A stretch of 64,000 bases of DNA from positions 9,723,625 through 9,787,624 of the forward strand of contig CM082579.2 of assembly GCA_040954595.2 (NCBI GenBank), in the 5' to 3' direction. The notes under the pieces were generated by a model. It saw only the letters and a program-made list of their open reading frames with translations, had not been told where the DNA came from and ran no database searches. The position numbers were made by a program, and so were the translations under genes. Origin of the DNA: Balanoglossus misakiensis (Eukaryota; Animalia; Hemichordata). This document shows positions 40,301 to 52,026 of this stretch, piece after piece (position 1 is the stretch's first letter; each line of letters opens with the position of its first letter).

Positions 40301-42542
40301 GTGGGGGTGAAGACACTAAAATTGTAGTCAACTAAATCTGTTGGCCCCCTTGCAGCTAGCCATCACTGTGCATTGGCACCAAAGAGTTAAATCTTGGCAA
40401 TGATGGATTGGTTACACGCTGTCACTGCACACCGACTGATCTGATGAACCCACCACGCGACTGTGTCACCGAGAAACTGTGCTGCTACCATGGAGTTGAC
40501 TGCACGTCGACTCCAAGGATGAACTATGCGTGCGATTACCACCGAGGGGAGACTACGTGATTGTGTTGCCACGGCAGAGCGACTTGCACACTGTCAATGT
40601 AGGCTGAATGTGTTAATTGACACAGTGGAGCGATACATGTCGTATTCGAGCAAAACAGGTTTTGATACATCATTAATTTTTATCGCGTCTTTAATAATGT
40701 ACATGTATTGTCCCATTTGTGAGACACACGCCCAGTACTTATTGCTGTTCCCAGCAGGTACTGTCCTTGACGTCATAATCACGGCTCTATCAACACCTTT
40801 GCCTATCCTTCCGTGTTAGCATTATCAAGGTGACCTTTCATTTCCTTTACGGGAAAAATGGATTTCTCTTAATAAAAAATTAACAGCGTTTGCAAGCATA
40901 CATGTACATGTACTTACTGCCCCCAACTATTCTCATGGACTATTTTTCCCATATCTGGGCAATATCTGTCAACACAGGACTGTCAGTGAGTGACAAGGAT
41001 TAGGCGTAAAATTTATTCTACCTTGAGTTCAGCTGCTTTTTCAGCCTTGGCTCTTTTCTCATCAAACTCCACCAGCCAATCCGGCTCATCGCTGGGTCTC
41101 TTGGTTGTATTCTCAAAATCATCACTGAAAATTTGAAAAAAACACAGAGCTCCCCACTGAACAGTTACGTACATGTAAGTACTGTAAAACGGGTTATTTT
41201 CGCGACAGAAAATTTTCACGATATCAAAAGAGGCAACTGTTACGCAAGGATTAATTTTCGCGTTCTCTTATTTATTTTACTGCATTGTTGTCTCAAAAAA
41301 ACATTTTACGCGACTTTTTATTTTCATGTTTTTTTGGCTCTTGCATATTTCGTGAAAATTCATTGCTCACGAAAATAACTCGTTTTACAGTATAATCACT
41401 GTCACACAGTAAGAAATAAAGTTTTGGAGGGTGTAAGAAGGGCCCACAATGAAACAAATTAATCATATTGACATTTTCTTCACCATACTATGCGGTAGCC
41501 GCCCGCTGCGCTTAATCATGTCAATTTGCTGCAGCCGACACATGCTTAGTAAGAAAACACTTGCAGTTGGAAAACGAGCACATAACAAGTCCCTTGATGG
41601 CTTAAGTGGATGGACTGATTGGGATAACAGTGGCATGTTTACCTTGTTGCTACGGCAACTTTCCCTTGGAGGATATCCTCAAGTTCCTGTCTCCTCCGTT
41701 CTTCATAATCTCTCAGCCACGTCAGAGCACCACAAATCAGACTCAAAGATTTGCCCTACAAAAGGAAAATGTGAATTCATCATTATGAGAATGTGCCCCT
41801 CCCAATCCCCCCCACCCCCCAGATTAGGTTTGTGGATTCACACAGGCACAAGAAAAAAATTGCTCACACTCTCAAAACCTAACTCATTTTGAATGATGTT
41901 TTATGATCTACTTGATGATAGTAAGGTGGCCTGTTCAAATTACAGAGTTAAAAAAACATATTTTCATGTATAGACTGTAGACAAACAGAAACTTTAATGC
42001 GTACGGACATGTTGTTAAATTACATGGGTACACTAACAAATGTATAGGGGGTGTATGTATGTCTAATATCTATGTGACATGTCTGTAGACTAAACACATG
42101 CACATGTAGTACATATACATTTATCCAGCATTTCCACTGTGAATCTCCCTGGTTATAAGAAGCAGTCTTCCCTGCCAAGACATTAATTTTACTTGAATGG
42201 TGTGTGATCAGACATGTGTAACCCTTTAACCTCCAAGTTCGCTATATAGAGGTCCAACTTCATCATAGAAAACAATGGATTTGGACTAAACCACGGTGGT
42301 GAAAGGCTTATAAACATGAAATGGGCTGATGGGTTATGAAAGTGCGGATGTGGGATACTTTCCCCACAGGTTATTCCTAAGAGCATATTTACCGTTCCGG
42401 TAGGGCTTTCAAAGATTCCGATTTTACCCTGATCCAGTGTTCGGTACAGTTCTCTCATGAACCGCTGCTGAATATCGTAGGGTTGAAACGGAAACGGAAA
42501 GGTGCCTGGAATATCCGTGTCCTCTTTCCCTGATGAATCCAT
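27923..42542 (-). CDS. DDX11: ATP-dependent DNA helicase DDX11 (ChlR1/Chl1), XPD-family Fe-S helicase, 21 coding exons, ~922 aa
   Basis: Exons: 42393-42542, 41643-41755, 41022-41124, 37462-37548, 36248-36487, 35669-35776, 35119-35209, 34604-34806, 34112-34264, 33564-33803, 33284-33322, 32993-33140, 32502-32624, 32030-32215, 31597-31700, 30919-31137, 30178-30284, 29609-29693, 29013-29091, 28260-28414, 27923-27958 (2769 nt, in frame). Motifs: [39 protein letters not shown], Fe-S Cys (NLC, DKC, SCPF, SCPYY), [55 protein letters not shown]. Confidence 0.97.
28429..28595. mobile_element. TA-flanked MITE (Tc1/mariner-like ends) in a DDX11 intron
   Basis: tacagtca... / ...tgactgta termini; internal ggccac subrepeats. 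Confidence 0.6.
31233..31316 (+). repeat. (GAT)n microsatellite in a DDX11 intron
   Basis: Direct reading; source of the poly-M ORF. Confidence 0.95.
33849..34056 (+). mobile_element. Internally deleted copy of the MITE at 45279-45622
   Basis: Shares ttaatcagcctccatacaaacagta..agagatgacaaactgatgcaaatgcaagtaatatg..gaaatttggcagct with 45443-45613. Confidence 0.8.
35446..35647. mobile_element. MITE of the TACTGTAAAAC family (related copies 41180-41392 and truncated 30561-30620)
   Basis: TIR tactgtaaaacacttttattttcg / cgaaaataaagtgttttacacta; internal aattttcgcg repeats. Confidence 0.8.
38309..38322. promoter_or_regulatory. Perfect palindromic RFX X-box GTTGCCATGGCAAC
   Basis: Exact 14-bp match ~370 bp upstream of the GPCR ATG; partial sites catggaaac (~38266) and catggcaa (~38286) nearby. 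Confidence 0.7.
38373..38392. promoter_or_regulatory. CRE (TGACGTCA, 38373-38380) plus variant TGACATCA (38385-38392)
   Basis: Exact consensus ~50 bp downstream of the X-box; further half-sites at ~38396 and ~38445. Confidence 0.55.
38688..39743 (+). CDS. Intronless class A (rhodopsin-like) 7TM GPCR, orphan, loosely melatonin-receptor-like, 351 aa, antisense within DDX11 intron 3
   Basis: Seven hydrophobic segments; LRT before TM2, LGILD (LxxxD), TM3 Cys and ECL2 Cys, [13 protein letters not shown] (DRY position), TM4 W, LLP..LYCY.AIF (TM5), LPY (TM6), FKPLVY (NPxxY position). First ATG at 38688; the ORF track start at 38550 is a TTG. Confidence 0.92.
   Translation: MAEPKESDSIDAADSHIPIDVTFGVVIPCVLTGVVFTLIILVVTFRYHHLRTVATALLTSLGILDLLTLTAVVPVQVYMYAFQRAGERTLCLIQQYLFHVTLAMTCFQSTCIAVNHCICLVHPATYKAYSTRTTTAMSLTLCWSSVPIIWCPILLAETQYEDRQRGSAGAAADHCTFWLGAYSYFTLLTGYLLPCLATLYCYCAIFWRLRRDSRQIGDAEQATANHPSANPAVVQLAKTSLVTFLVSLIFALPYATLSSLVNFRTIAEVPGHGLLLASLVFTVGCAFKPLVYVVCSDNHRLGVKRLLGCERRISVPKITIQLPTIGPEQPIQTVSLSTSQELLYPPKSSRV
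41180..41392. mobile_element. MITE of the TACTGTAAAAC family
   Basis: TIR tactgtaaaacgggttattttcg / cgaaaataactcgttttacagta. Confidence 0.82.
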
Positions 42543-42820
42543 CGCTGGTTACGGAAGCCTTAATTGAGAGTGTCCGGCGTCAGCTATGAAGACATACCTT
42601 TTGTAAGAAAATTGGGATATTCTTTAATATGATTTATTATGGAGCTTGTTGAAATGTCACATTTCATTAAAAGCACCATGACCATTGTAACATACCATAT
42701 ATTGAAATCTCAATTGGTTTGTGGTTGGCCAAATTTGTCATGGTTTCCAGGGTCGTTTGTTGAATCACACAGTCCAAGACTGACAGCGTTATTCAACAGC
42801 GGATTCCTCTCATTGGGATA

Positions 42821-43116
42821 CCCCCCCCCCCCCCTAGCTGCAATGATTGTAGCGGGTGCTGCCCTAGTGCTGCGCACACACCAGTCAACCTAGCAGCACC
42901 CGCTACAATCATTGCAGCTACCCCCCCCCCCCCCCGGCCCTGCACAGATCTGTACAGCAGTGTACGCAGGACTACATCCCCCCCCCCCCCCACGGTCGCC
43001 TGGGAGTTGGGTCGTATATACACGGCGATCGTCGATCGTATACTAGTATACACTGCGATCACCTATATAAAGCGATCGCCGTGCATATACGATCGCCATG
43101 TACTTACGACCCAACT
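42821..43116. repeat. Cluster of inverted repeats and poly-C tracts upstream of the DDX11 ATG
   Basis: Perfect 28-bp arms 42835-42862 / 42893-42920; second pair gagttgggtcgta (43004-43016) / tacgacccaactc (43104-43116); three C runs of 14-15 nt. Confidence 0.85.
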
Positions 43117-43387
43117 CGCACGTGATGTGACTGTGATCAATGTGCATGTTGTCAGAGTCAAGATGTAAACATGGCGATACATCTTCGCTGGCCAAGCATT
43201 GTTTACTAATGTTTCGAGCCAGGGATATGCCGTCCAAAACCATACTATAAACCACTAAGACGAATTTCAACCCACCTTAGTTTACAAATTGTAGTGTATT
43301 GTGCCGTAAATAGAAATAGTCATCTATATTCACTCCGTGTACGACAACCTCGGTGAACTTGCATGAACTTTTTTCGACAACTCAGTT

Positions 43388-43438
43388 TTCAAAGGGCCCG
43401 CTCTGAGCATGCGCAAGCTTTCGACAACTTGGCGAAAA
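43388..43438 (-). promoter_or_regulatory. Candidate DDX11 core promoter: CDE/CHR tandem, NRF1-like and E2F-like sites
   Basis: - strand GAGCGG-GCCC-TTTGAA (43388-43403), TGCGCATGCTC (43405-43415), TTTTCGCCAA (43429-43438); candidate non-coding exon donor AG/GTGGGT at 43275. Confidence 0.5.
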
Positions 43439-44971
43439 TTTTGGCCACTTGGTGGCGGGCTATCCGTCACCGCAGCCGATTCCAACAGCCGATCAAGCGC
43501 ATTTTAATTCATAAACGTATCAATTTAAATAATTAAAATTATATTAGCCTATATGAAAGACCTTTATTGTGTTTTATTGGATCATATCATGCAATATGTT
43601 ACAATAAAGATTTGGGTAAAACTGAGAAAAACAATCGAAAACATAAAATGTAATTGTATGTTATAGATATATTCCAAGATTTTAATTTATTAAGCACGTC
43701 CTTTTGATGATACGTAAATGAAAGGCTATTGTATTCTAGTGATGTAGTCTGGTTCCCTGGCAGACATTTAAAGAGGAAAGTGGACGAATATCATTTGATT
43801 TATGGCTGGGGTCGAAAGCTGCGCTGAATACTATAGCCGGACTCAATACTGCACAATTAGTTGAATTTAGGCCTACAAGTGGCTTGTCCATCGGCATCGC
43901 GACATTGGGTCATTTGTTTTAGGTCTAAGTTCGAAGGGGCATTAGACCGGAGGAGTCCTCCTCCGTCTCACTCGCCATCCTGATCCTCTGATTGATTGTA
44001 TTGTCCAGGGAAGCGTGACTGTCAAGCTGGGTGATGTTGTACATGTCCCTTGCTGATTGGGCGCATCATCGTACTAACAGTAGATAACCTGTCACGTGTA
44101 GCCAGCTGGGGTCTGTTGTCTATAGAAGGGGTATCAACCGGCATCCGATGATATTCTACTGCGCGTTGTACTTTGGATTTGAAAACGATCATTTTGACTG
44201 TTGTAATGAGACTAATTCTGCATCTTCCTGGCGGGGGTTCCCCGTAGCTCCTTTCAGAATCCCCATCGCCTCAGCTGTAGGTGACTGGTCCACGGCTCTC
44301 CTGTTATAATTCTCCTGCGGCCTCGTGAATTTTACAAACGGATAACCAAAAGTGTGCTTTATATCATACCACCGAAACACGATGGGGATACATTCAATCG
44401 TATGCAGTCAAATTGCACCGCGTACCACGCACCCGTTATATCTGCCATTTTGTTTTCTTCAAACAATGGTCGTAATTTTTGTGCCAAGTACAGCAAATAC
44501 TATTTTGCACACAAACCACCCGCATGCAATTATCCCCAAATAATCAAATGCATATATCACACAAGTCACTAATTGCACCATTAGGTATACCTGTTTTCGG
44601 CGCGCGAATGTGTGTGTGTGTGTTGGGGGGGGGGGGGTATATGTGGGTATGACTAATCGCTGCAATTTCAGTTGTATTTCGGTCTGAGAATTGGAGAGAG
44701 TCTAAAATTTTACTCGTAGAAAGCAATTCCATATCGAGGTTTAATTATTATTACGTAACGTAAAGATTTATTTATTACATAACTTATTACATTAATATAA
44801 ATGATTACGGTATGTCAACTATCTGTTAAAACGCCCAATATGTTTTGTGAAATGCGCAATTATGATCACTTACAATTATTAGTCTACTAATTATCTACAT
44901 AATTTGGCATACTGGTCTTCGATTTCTTCTAGTTTCTACTCTTATTTTATACTACAATAAATACGAACATC

Positions 44972-45278
44972 TTAAGGTAGATATTGTCATTTTCTTGAAA
45001 TTTCGCAAAAGGTGCCTTAAGAGTATTATTGTACGACATAAAGAATACGCTATGTCACCGCACTTAATTTTCGCAATAGGAAAAACTACAGCATTAGCAG
45101 TGCGAGAAAAGAGCTGACTCAGCATTTTACACAAAATTGAAGATCCCTAACCGAAAAAATAGCACGGGAACACACTGTCTTCTCTCTATATTTGTTTTCA
45201 ACATTCATTGATAAACAATATATATATAAAATCAAGAAAATGACAATATTCTAACTTGTGAGTAGTCATCTACCTTAA
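44972..45278. mobile_element. TTAA-flanked MITE (Kolobok-like termini)
   Basis: ttaa-ggtagat ... atctacc-ttaa; subterminal IR attgtcattttcttga / tcaagaaaatgacaat. Confidence 0.75.
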
Positions 45279-45626
45279 AGCCTCTACAGCTGCCATTTTT
45301 TGCATTATTTTCAAGATTTTATTTTCCAACTTAAATTGGTCCATAAATATTCTTACTGATAGGTATGCACCTCATCGATGCCCGATTGTGGCTACATGTA
45401 GCGATTTGAAAACGCTGTGTATTAAAGCGGTGCCGTACCGACTTAATCAGCCTCCATACAAACAGTAGTACGCAGATATCTTTGTATGCGTCGCCCAGAG
45501 ATGACAAACTGATGCAAATGCAAGTAATATGACGTAATGGTGAAGATTTTAGAGGATAGGAAATATACTTGAAGTATTTTATTGTGGTATAAAATATGTG
45601 AAATTTGGCAGCTATAGGGGCTTTAA
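45275..45626. mobile_element. Second TTAA-flanked MITE (Kolobok-like), sharing the TTAA at 45275-45278 with the first
   Basis: ttaa-agcctctacagctgcca ... tggcagctataggggct-ttaa; second copy at 33849-34056. Confidence 0.8.
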
Positions 45627-45640
45627 TGCAAACTTATTTT

Positions 45641-48600
45641 TTACTTTTTCCCTGCAGCAGCAACGCCGCAGCATCCGCAGATCGCGAAACAACAACTCAG
45701 ACCCATCAGAATGTAGGTCACGTTCAACAACCAAAATGAAAAGAGATACAATGTCTTGTCGCAATAGTCAGCTGCGGTGACGTCACCGTAGGTGGGTTCG
45801 TACGTTCCATAAATCCACACATTACCTGCAAAGTAGAGATGCGTGTGTAAGGTTTAAAGCTTGTTGACACAATCGATGTCATGAATACCCAGTATTATCA
45901 GTTGTCGTGAATTTGAGTCCGGACTCGAATTCAATGATAAACAATTTAAACCACAGTGGGCATTTGTACAAGTCCGAACCTGTTGGGCGGGTTAGATTTT
46001 GTTCGGATAATGTTCAGGGACCGCACCAAAGCGTTCGGATAATCCCGGCCGAAATCCGGATAATCGGTGTTCGGATAATCAACGTTCTACTGCATATGGC
46101 GTGTTTTGGAGAGTCATAAATAGACGTTTCATAGTTTTATACACAGAAGGAAACTGTCCAAGAAAAGTTAATATAGTTGTCAGAGACACCATGTGCAAGA
46201 CGAACGCTGATTGCTTGTGCTATATGGTGCACGGTGTCCAAACGTCGGGAATATTATATTTGTTATAATGCTTATATGAATTATTGTACACAGCATTGTG
46301 CGACAAAGGCTGTTATATCTTAAATTCAGGACCTGCAGAGCCGTACTGGCACTATATTTACCTGCAATGAACCAAGCGAAAAGGAAAGGTCCGATCAAGC
46401 AAGACAAGCAGCCGACCCAACGACCAATGCAAGAGGTTTCGCCGTCCCCGCCCTGGCCCTCAGCGTCGGGGGTCTGGAGCTTGTTGCTCTTTTGTCTTGC
46501 CGTGCCGGCGGAGAGGATGTAGGAGACGATGGACATCACACCACACACGATGAGATATATGGGAATGTATCGCTGTGCTGGACAGTCGTCTAGTTTCATT
46601 GAACCTGAAAACGCGAACAGAAAGTGAGAAGTTAAGATCGTCCATACAGTTACCTTCCCCATTCATATATATCAGACGGCATGGTGACAGACGAAAGCTT
46701 TTTGAATGAGTCTAATACAATACTCCCTGTCACCCTGTAAGAGAATCCTGAACGCTTGTTACTTTTACACACGCGCACGACGCCGTTCTCCTACAACAGG
46801 ATTATTTCTTACATAATATATAAAATATTAAAGCAGAAAAGTGACAATACAACTAAACAAAGAAAAGCTGCATGGTTACTTCCTTCGTTGAATATTGAAA
46901 CGTTGAGAATTACATTTCGTATACTGAAATAGAACTGAGTACGTGACAGATAGAGGCAGACAGATGGAAAGAGAGAGAGAGAGAGGGAAGGAAACGAAAA
47001 ATGTCATGAAATCTGACCGAAGAACTTATACACGGGAGCTGATATGACGTCACTACCTGCCCGTATACGCAATGACTTACCTATAACGATCATAGCGATT
47101 GGAACAGCCATCACTAATCCAGAGCAAATAAGACATCCCAAGACCAACGACGCTAGAATAGAAAGGAAAGCGTATTAACTGTTTGTTAAAACTTTTGATC
47201 TAGTACATCTTAATAACGAGAAGGGGTGCCTCCCTGTTTAGCATGTTGTATGAGTCATACTTATAAAATTTAGCGCGGGAGACCATACGTATCGGAAGCA
47301 AACCATTGACTCTGCTATCTGGTGGTGGGTATAGCCTAGTACTGGTTTAACAAACTAGACTGAAATTCATACTTATAAAACCTGACAAAGTCACAGCAAA
47401 CATGACAAATAACACATCACGTCCCTGCCTAGACGGCTTTCAATTGACATGCCATAATCTGTCTTGTAGTTCTGGATTGATTAAGCGGTGCTTCATCGTT
47501 ATACAAAGAATAGTTTCCGTTTAACTATTATGCTTTGTATCTGTAAACATAGTAATTGTGAAACTCAATTTCTTTAATTGGGATACGCCTACGCTGAAGC
47601 TAAATCGATTAGGCCTGTATATGAGTAAACTGAATGCGATGATTTGTGCATTTGGAAACCAAGGGATACAAACTATAACCACATTAATCATAAAGTCAAT
47701 GAGGATTCTTCCCCATCAAGTCTATAAGACAAAACCACGAATGGTGATGTTATAAATCATATTGCAGTCTGCACTGTGTATTTGTCAAAACATTAGTTGC
47801 CAGTCTCTGACTCGTTGCCTATATCTGTGTCTTTTATCAGATGATTTACACTTTTTCAGCTGACATCATTCACTTTTTATACAGGAACTTGTTTTTTTTT
47901 TACGAGAATCAGCAGTTCACACCATACATAAACGGGTTATGCTCATGTTGAATTTTTTTCAGGCGGAGGGGGGGGGGTGTCATCGTATTTGGCTTTCTTC
48001 TAAACGACTGGAAGACTAAACATGATGCATTTCATTTACAAGAGAAGACACATAGATACGCCACTCACAACACCTTGGAAATCAATGACCGCGCATGACT
48101 GAATACTCCCGCCTTGAAACACACACAAAAATGCAGATTGTTCTTGTCAAGAGTAAACAAAAAATTGATTAGAAATAGAACATCTATTGTATCAATAATG
48201 CCTTTTTTAAATCAAGGGGAAAGTGGTGTGTCACGTGATCAGGACTTACTGGAGCCGAGGATGATGTCACAGGTCGACGCTGAGAAATCCTTGATTCCCG
48301 ATGAATCCTCTTTGGCCTGCTTGATGCGGCCAAAGATTGACCCGTAGTCTGGCGGCGGCCCTGGATAAACAGAAGGAAACAAAATGCTGCATGAGAAAAT
48401 ATCTCACAAACACCATTTCCTATAACTGCAAACGTGGCGTCCCCATATGACTATGATTATACATATCGCGGCCATTACTCTGTAAATGTGACAACTAAAA
48501 TGCTTAGATTGACCATAGACCCTAGAGAAAGATAGGGTCTATGGTCAATCTAAGCATTTCTCTAGGGTCTATGGATTGACATAGATAAAATTTGGTATTG

Positions 48601-51600
48601 AATTCAATATCTTCGGAGTCGTTGTGAGTGGCAGATGTCTTGACCTACTATGGTCTGCAAAAGAGCCATCAAAGCATATACATCCATTTGGGTATATGGC
48701 GAAAATAAAAAAAAAATGACGATTGCAAACAGAAGCTTTCTGCAGAGGTGAACTCTACCGGTACACCCGATATGACCAATGAACATTACCTGACTGTGCG
48801 GCATCGTATGAGGGCGGTTTTTCGTCACGGTCTATCGGCGATGTTTCATCGACCTCTAAGGTTACCTCCTGAGGCTGTCAATTCGGATCAAATTGATAAA
48901 CATTGTATAACTATTAAAGATAACATTGAGGAAAAGTGTATACAGCATAAATATATAACACATTATGAATGTTCTTACAAGACATATAAAACACCATCAC
49001 GACGCGACCGCTCTCACTGTCATCAACATTCTCAGACGCCACCATGGAAACCGCAAGAGATGTAACAAACCAGTGGAAAGATAGGCATGTGTAGTTCATT
49101 TGATATCTGGTAAATTGTCTACAGTATATTGAAAGCTGCCAAAATAATGTAGTTGCATTTTGCCGGCGAGGTATTGTGGAAAAATGGGGTTGTCATTTCT
49201 CGTGTTCGACCGCGATTTACCATAATAAACGTTATGCGACGCCTGAAGCTTGTATGTGTCGTCAAAATTAAAATTCGCATTAACAGACTACTACAGTGTA
49301 AGCTATTCCATGATGAAAACAACATATGTCCAACTGGTCACTGCCATCCATGATTTATTATCGCTCGATTATTGAACTTTGACCCTCCTTATACATATAT
49401 TACTAAGGGCACCCGTGCCGTGTTTGGGTATTAATGCCCTGGACGACCCCGTTTTAAATTCGCATGCACCGCAAACTGTTCGGTTTCTATTCACGATTAT
49501 GATGATTTATTTTGCGACCGTGTATGAATTTGTGGTTGACTGCAAATTGAAGCAGTTGGGCCCTGGGCAGCGCGGCGGGGATGACTGCAGTGTGTCACGT
49601 GATGACAGAGAACCTCCGGCACATCAAACTGAAAAATGTGACATGTATGATACAAGCTTCACACATGAAAAAATAGGTTGACGACGAAAGTGACATTGGG
49701 TTCATGTTACCAGTATTATAATTTGAAACTCACGCTATTAGAATTCGAAATATAATAGTTTATTTGGATGGAGTCGGCCCTATAAATAGCCGCATTAGCA
49801 CATTTCCTATAATAAATAACATGTGGGTTGAAATCGGTTCGCATAAAAAAATAACATTCGAAGGTGTATGAAATAGGCATATTCAAACCTCCAAACATCG
49901 TTCAATTGTTTCAAGTTGTACGTTAACCAATTGTGTCTTCTCGCATACGCTACCGTAATTAGCTTAACATAACTACAAAGATGTTTATTTGCAGCATTTA
50001 GTATCAATCAGTCGTTGAAATGGACGTTATATAATGTAGCATTAACGAGCGTGTAAAATCCCGACAGCGCTTCGGCAAAAAAATGCCTGGCAAATGTTGC
50101 GTGCCTTCAGCCGTGCAACCTTTCATCCGGGTCTCGATCAGACAACAGGAAAGACGTCTGTCCCCACATATCAGTTATCCACGCATATTCATTAGACATA
50201 TCATATATACCATGATAAAAAGTATAGCTTTAATTCAATTTTATCGAACGGCGGGGTCTCGTGAATATAACGTACCACTTCGCTATTGAAAGCAACTGGA
50301 GAGGAAAATGCATTCACTTGTCAAGTGGTAATGTATCACTCAAAATGGTTATTATTTAAAAGGGAGACAGGCGGAAGGACTCCCGCCACTTTCCTAAAAT
50401 TTAAAACCCGTGCTTTACATATCTTGATGGATAGATAGACAGACAGATAATTGGCATAAACCCCTTAAACTACGAACCAAACTGCTCCCAGTGTTATTGA
50501 AAAAACTTCAACTTTAAGGTTCACTATCTGTATATGTTGGCTATTTTCAGTATCTTTATTCTGTGACTCAACTATAGTATCTAGTTCGGCTCCCGAAGTG
50601 TTTATATTCTCAACATAGCTTTCTGCGTGCACAATCAACAATGATATTGTTTGAAAATTGTATTCAGGTACATGTAGTCCGGAAGTGTTGAATGCATTTG
50701 CAAACAATGAAAATGTTCGGTGCACAAACACGTGACTTGCTGACAAGCAGTTAACTGGGCGAAATGGGATACTGCGCAGGGACTGGAACAATAAAATGTA
50801 GTTGATGCACAAAACAAAATACTGGAAAAACGAAACCGCCTTGGATATATTTTGGTGAATCATGACGCAGCAATTGAACACCTACACGAATGATGTATCG
50901 ATTGGAAATGGTTACGGAGTACATAGCAATCAAGTATGAATGGTAAGGCCAACCCGTGTTTGAACTGTCACTGAATATCAATGAATGAATCGCCTACGCG
51001 TGGTAAAAGTTCAAACAGTTCTCTTTCTCTGTTGTTGTGCTCACGCTAAAAACAATGTGACTCATTTCGGCATGAGTGTGAGTCGATCAACCACCCATTG
51101 TCGTTACAACGTTCCTTCTTATGAATCCATGACAACCCATCACACGATTATAGACACCCCAATCGCGACAGTGACGTCACCGACGTCACCGTCCAGGCAT
51201 TAGTCGAGTCTGATAAAAGAAGTTGCTCATGCAAAGGCCCGAGTGTACGTTGTGTGAAATGCGGGCCTCAGCTCACGGTATTCAGGTCAGAACGCTTCAC
51301 TATAAGGGTCAGATTAAATTACGGATACCACTTGACATGTGTTGAACTAAGTGTGCCCGTACATTAAAAATAGATATTTGTCATTGCTCTCACACGAGTT
51401 AACGTTCCATTATTGGCTTCGATAACATTTACAGGGAAGGTTGAATTCACGGCTGTGATCGGCGCGCCTGTACGCGTGCGCAACCGTATGTCAGGTGTTA
51501 TTTTATTTATCGGGATAACTTCAGCTGCACTATACGATCAATTTAAAAACGGCCCTATCGTAAAAACAATCATGTCAGTGTGACATACAGGCAGGCAGAT

Positions 51601-52026
51601 AGACAGACAGACAGACGGCCGACAGGTGGCGTGACGTTTCGACACTATCGGTACATGATCATCATGGACTGTGGTATTTTTTTCAGGGTCAGGCTCTCAG
51701 CGCGCGTGGCCGTCCATAATAAACCTGCAATGGCTGAAGCCCGTGCTTGCCTCCCTACACATATCGAACTGATAGTGCTGCAATCGTGGAAAGTAGTTAC
51801 TTCGGCTAGGTTACGTTTAGACACGTTCTTATCTCAGGATTCAGCGGGTTTCCAACCTAAACCCCGCACCAACGTGCATATAGGGTCATGATATGTTTTC
51901 AGTGCAAAGCTTCGGCGGTTAGCAGCCATTCGAACAGTCCGCCCTCATAATAAAAGGAAAAAACGCAGATTTCAAACTGTTGCTTTCCTTCAGCTTACTC
52001 ACCTGTTCAGCTGCTAGCTCCGCCAT
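45641..52026 (-). CDS. TMEM272: TMEM272-like 4-TM membrane protein, ~214 aa
   Basis: Exons 52003-52026 (MAELAAEQ, tentative), 48866-48874 (PQE microexon, tentative), 48250-48361 (GPPPDYGSIFGRIKQAK), 47081-47152 (..VPIAMIVIG), 46362-46604 (DDCPAQRYIPIYLIVCG..FLFAWFIAG), 45641-45825 (NVWIY..DYCDKTLYLFSFW..*). CP..IPIYLIV.G, WFIAGNVW.Y and YC.KTLY.F.F are family hallmarks; one-to-one orthology not established. Confidence 0.85.
48498..48580. repeat. Perfect 27-bp hairpin interlocked with a short palindromic element
   Basis: aaatgcttagattgaccatagacccta (48498-48524) / tagggtctatggtcaatctaagcattt (48533-48559), then ctctagggtctatgg. Confidence 0.85.

Noticed and set aside
43740-44380. Slightly GC-richer, coding-looking stretch (possible decayed retroelement gag)
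   Set aside because: Stops in all frames examined and no motif I can name.
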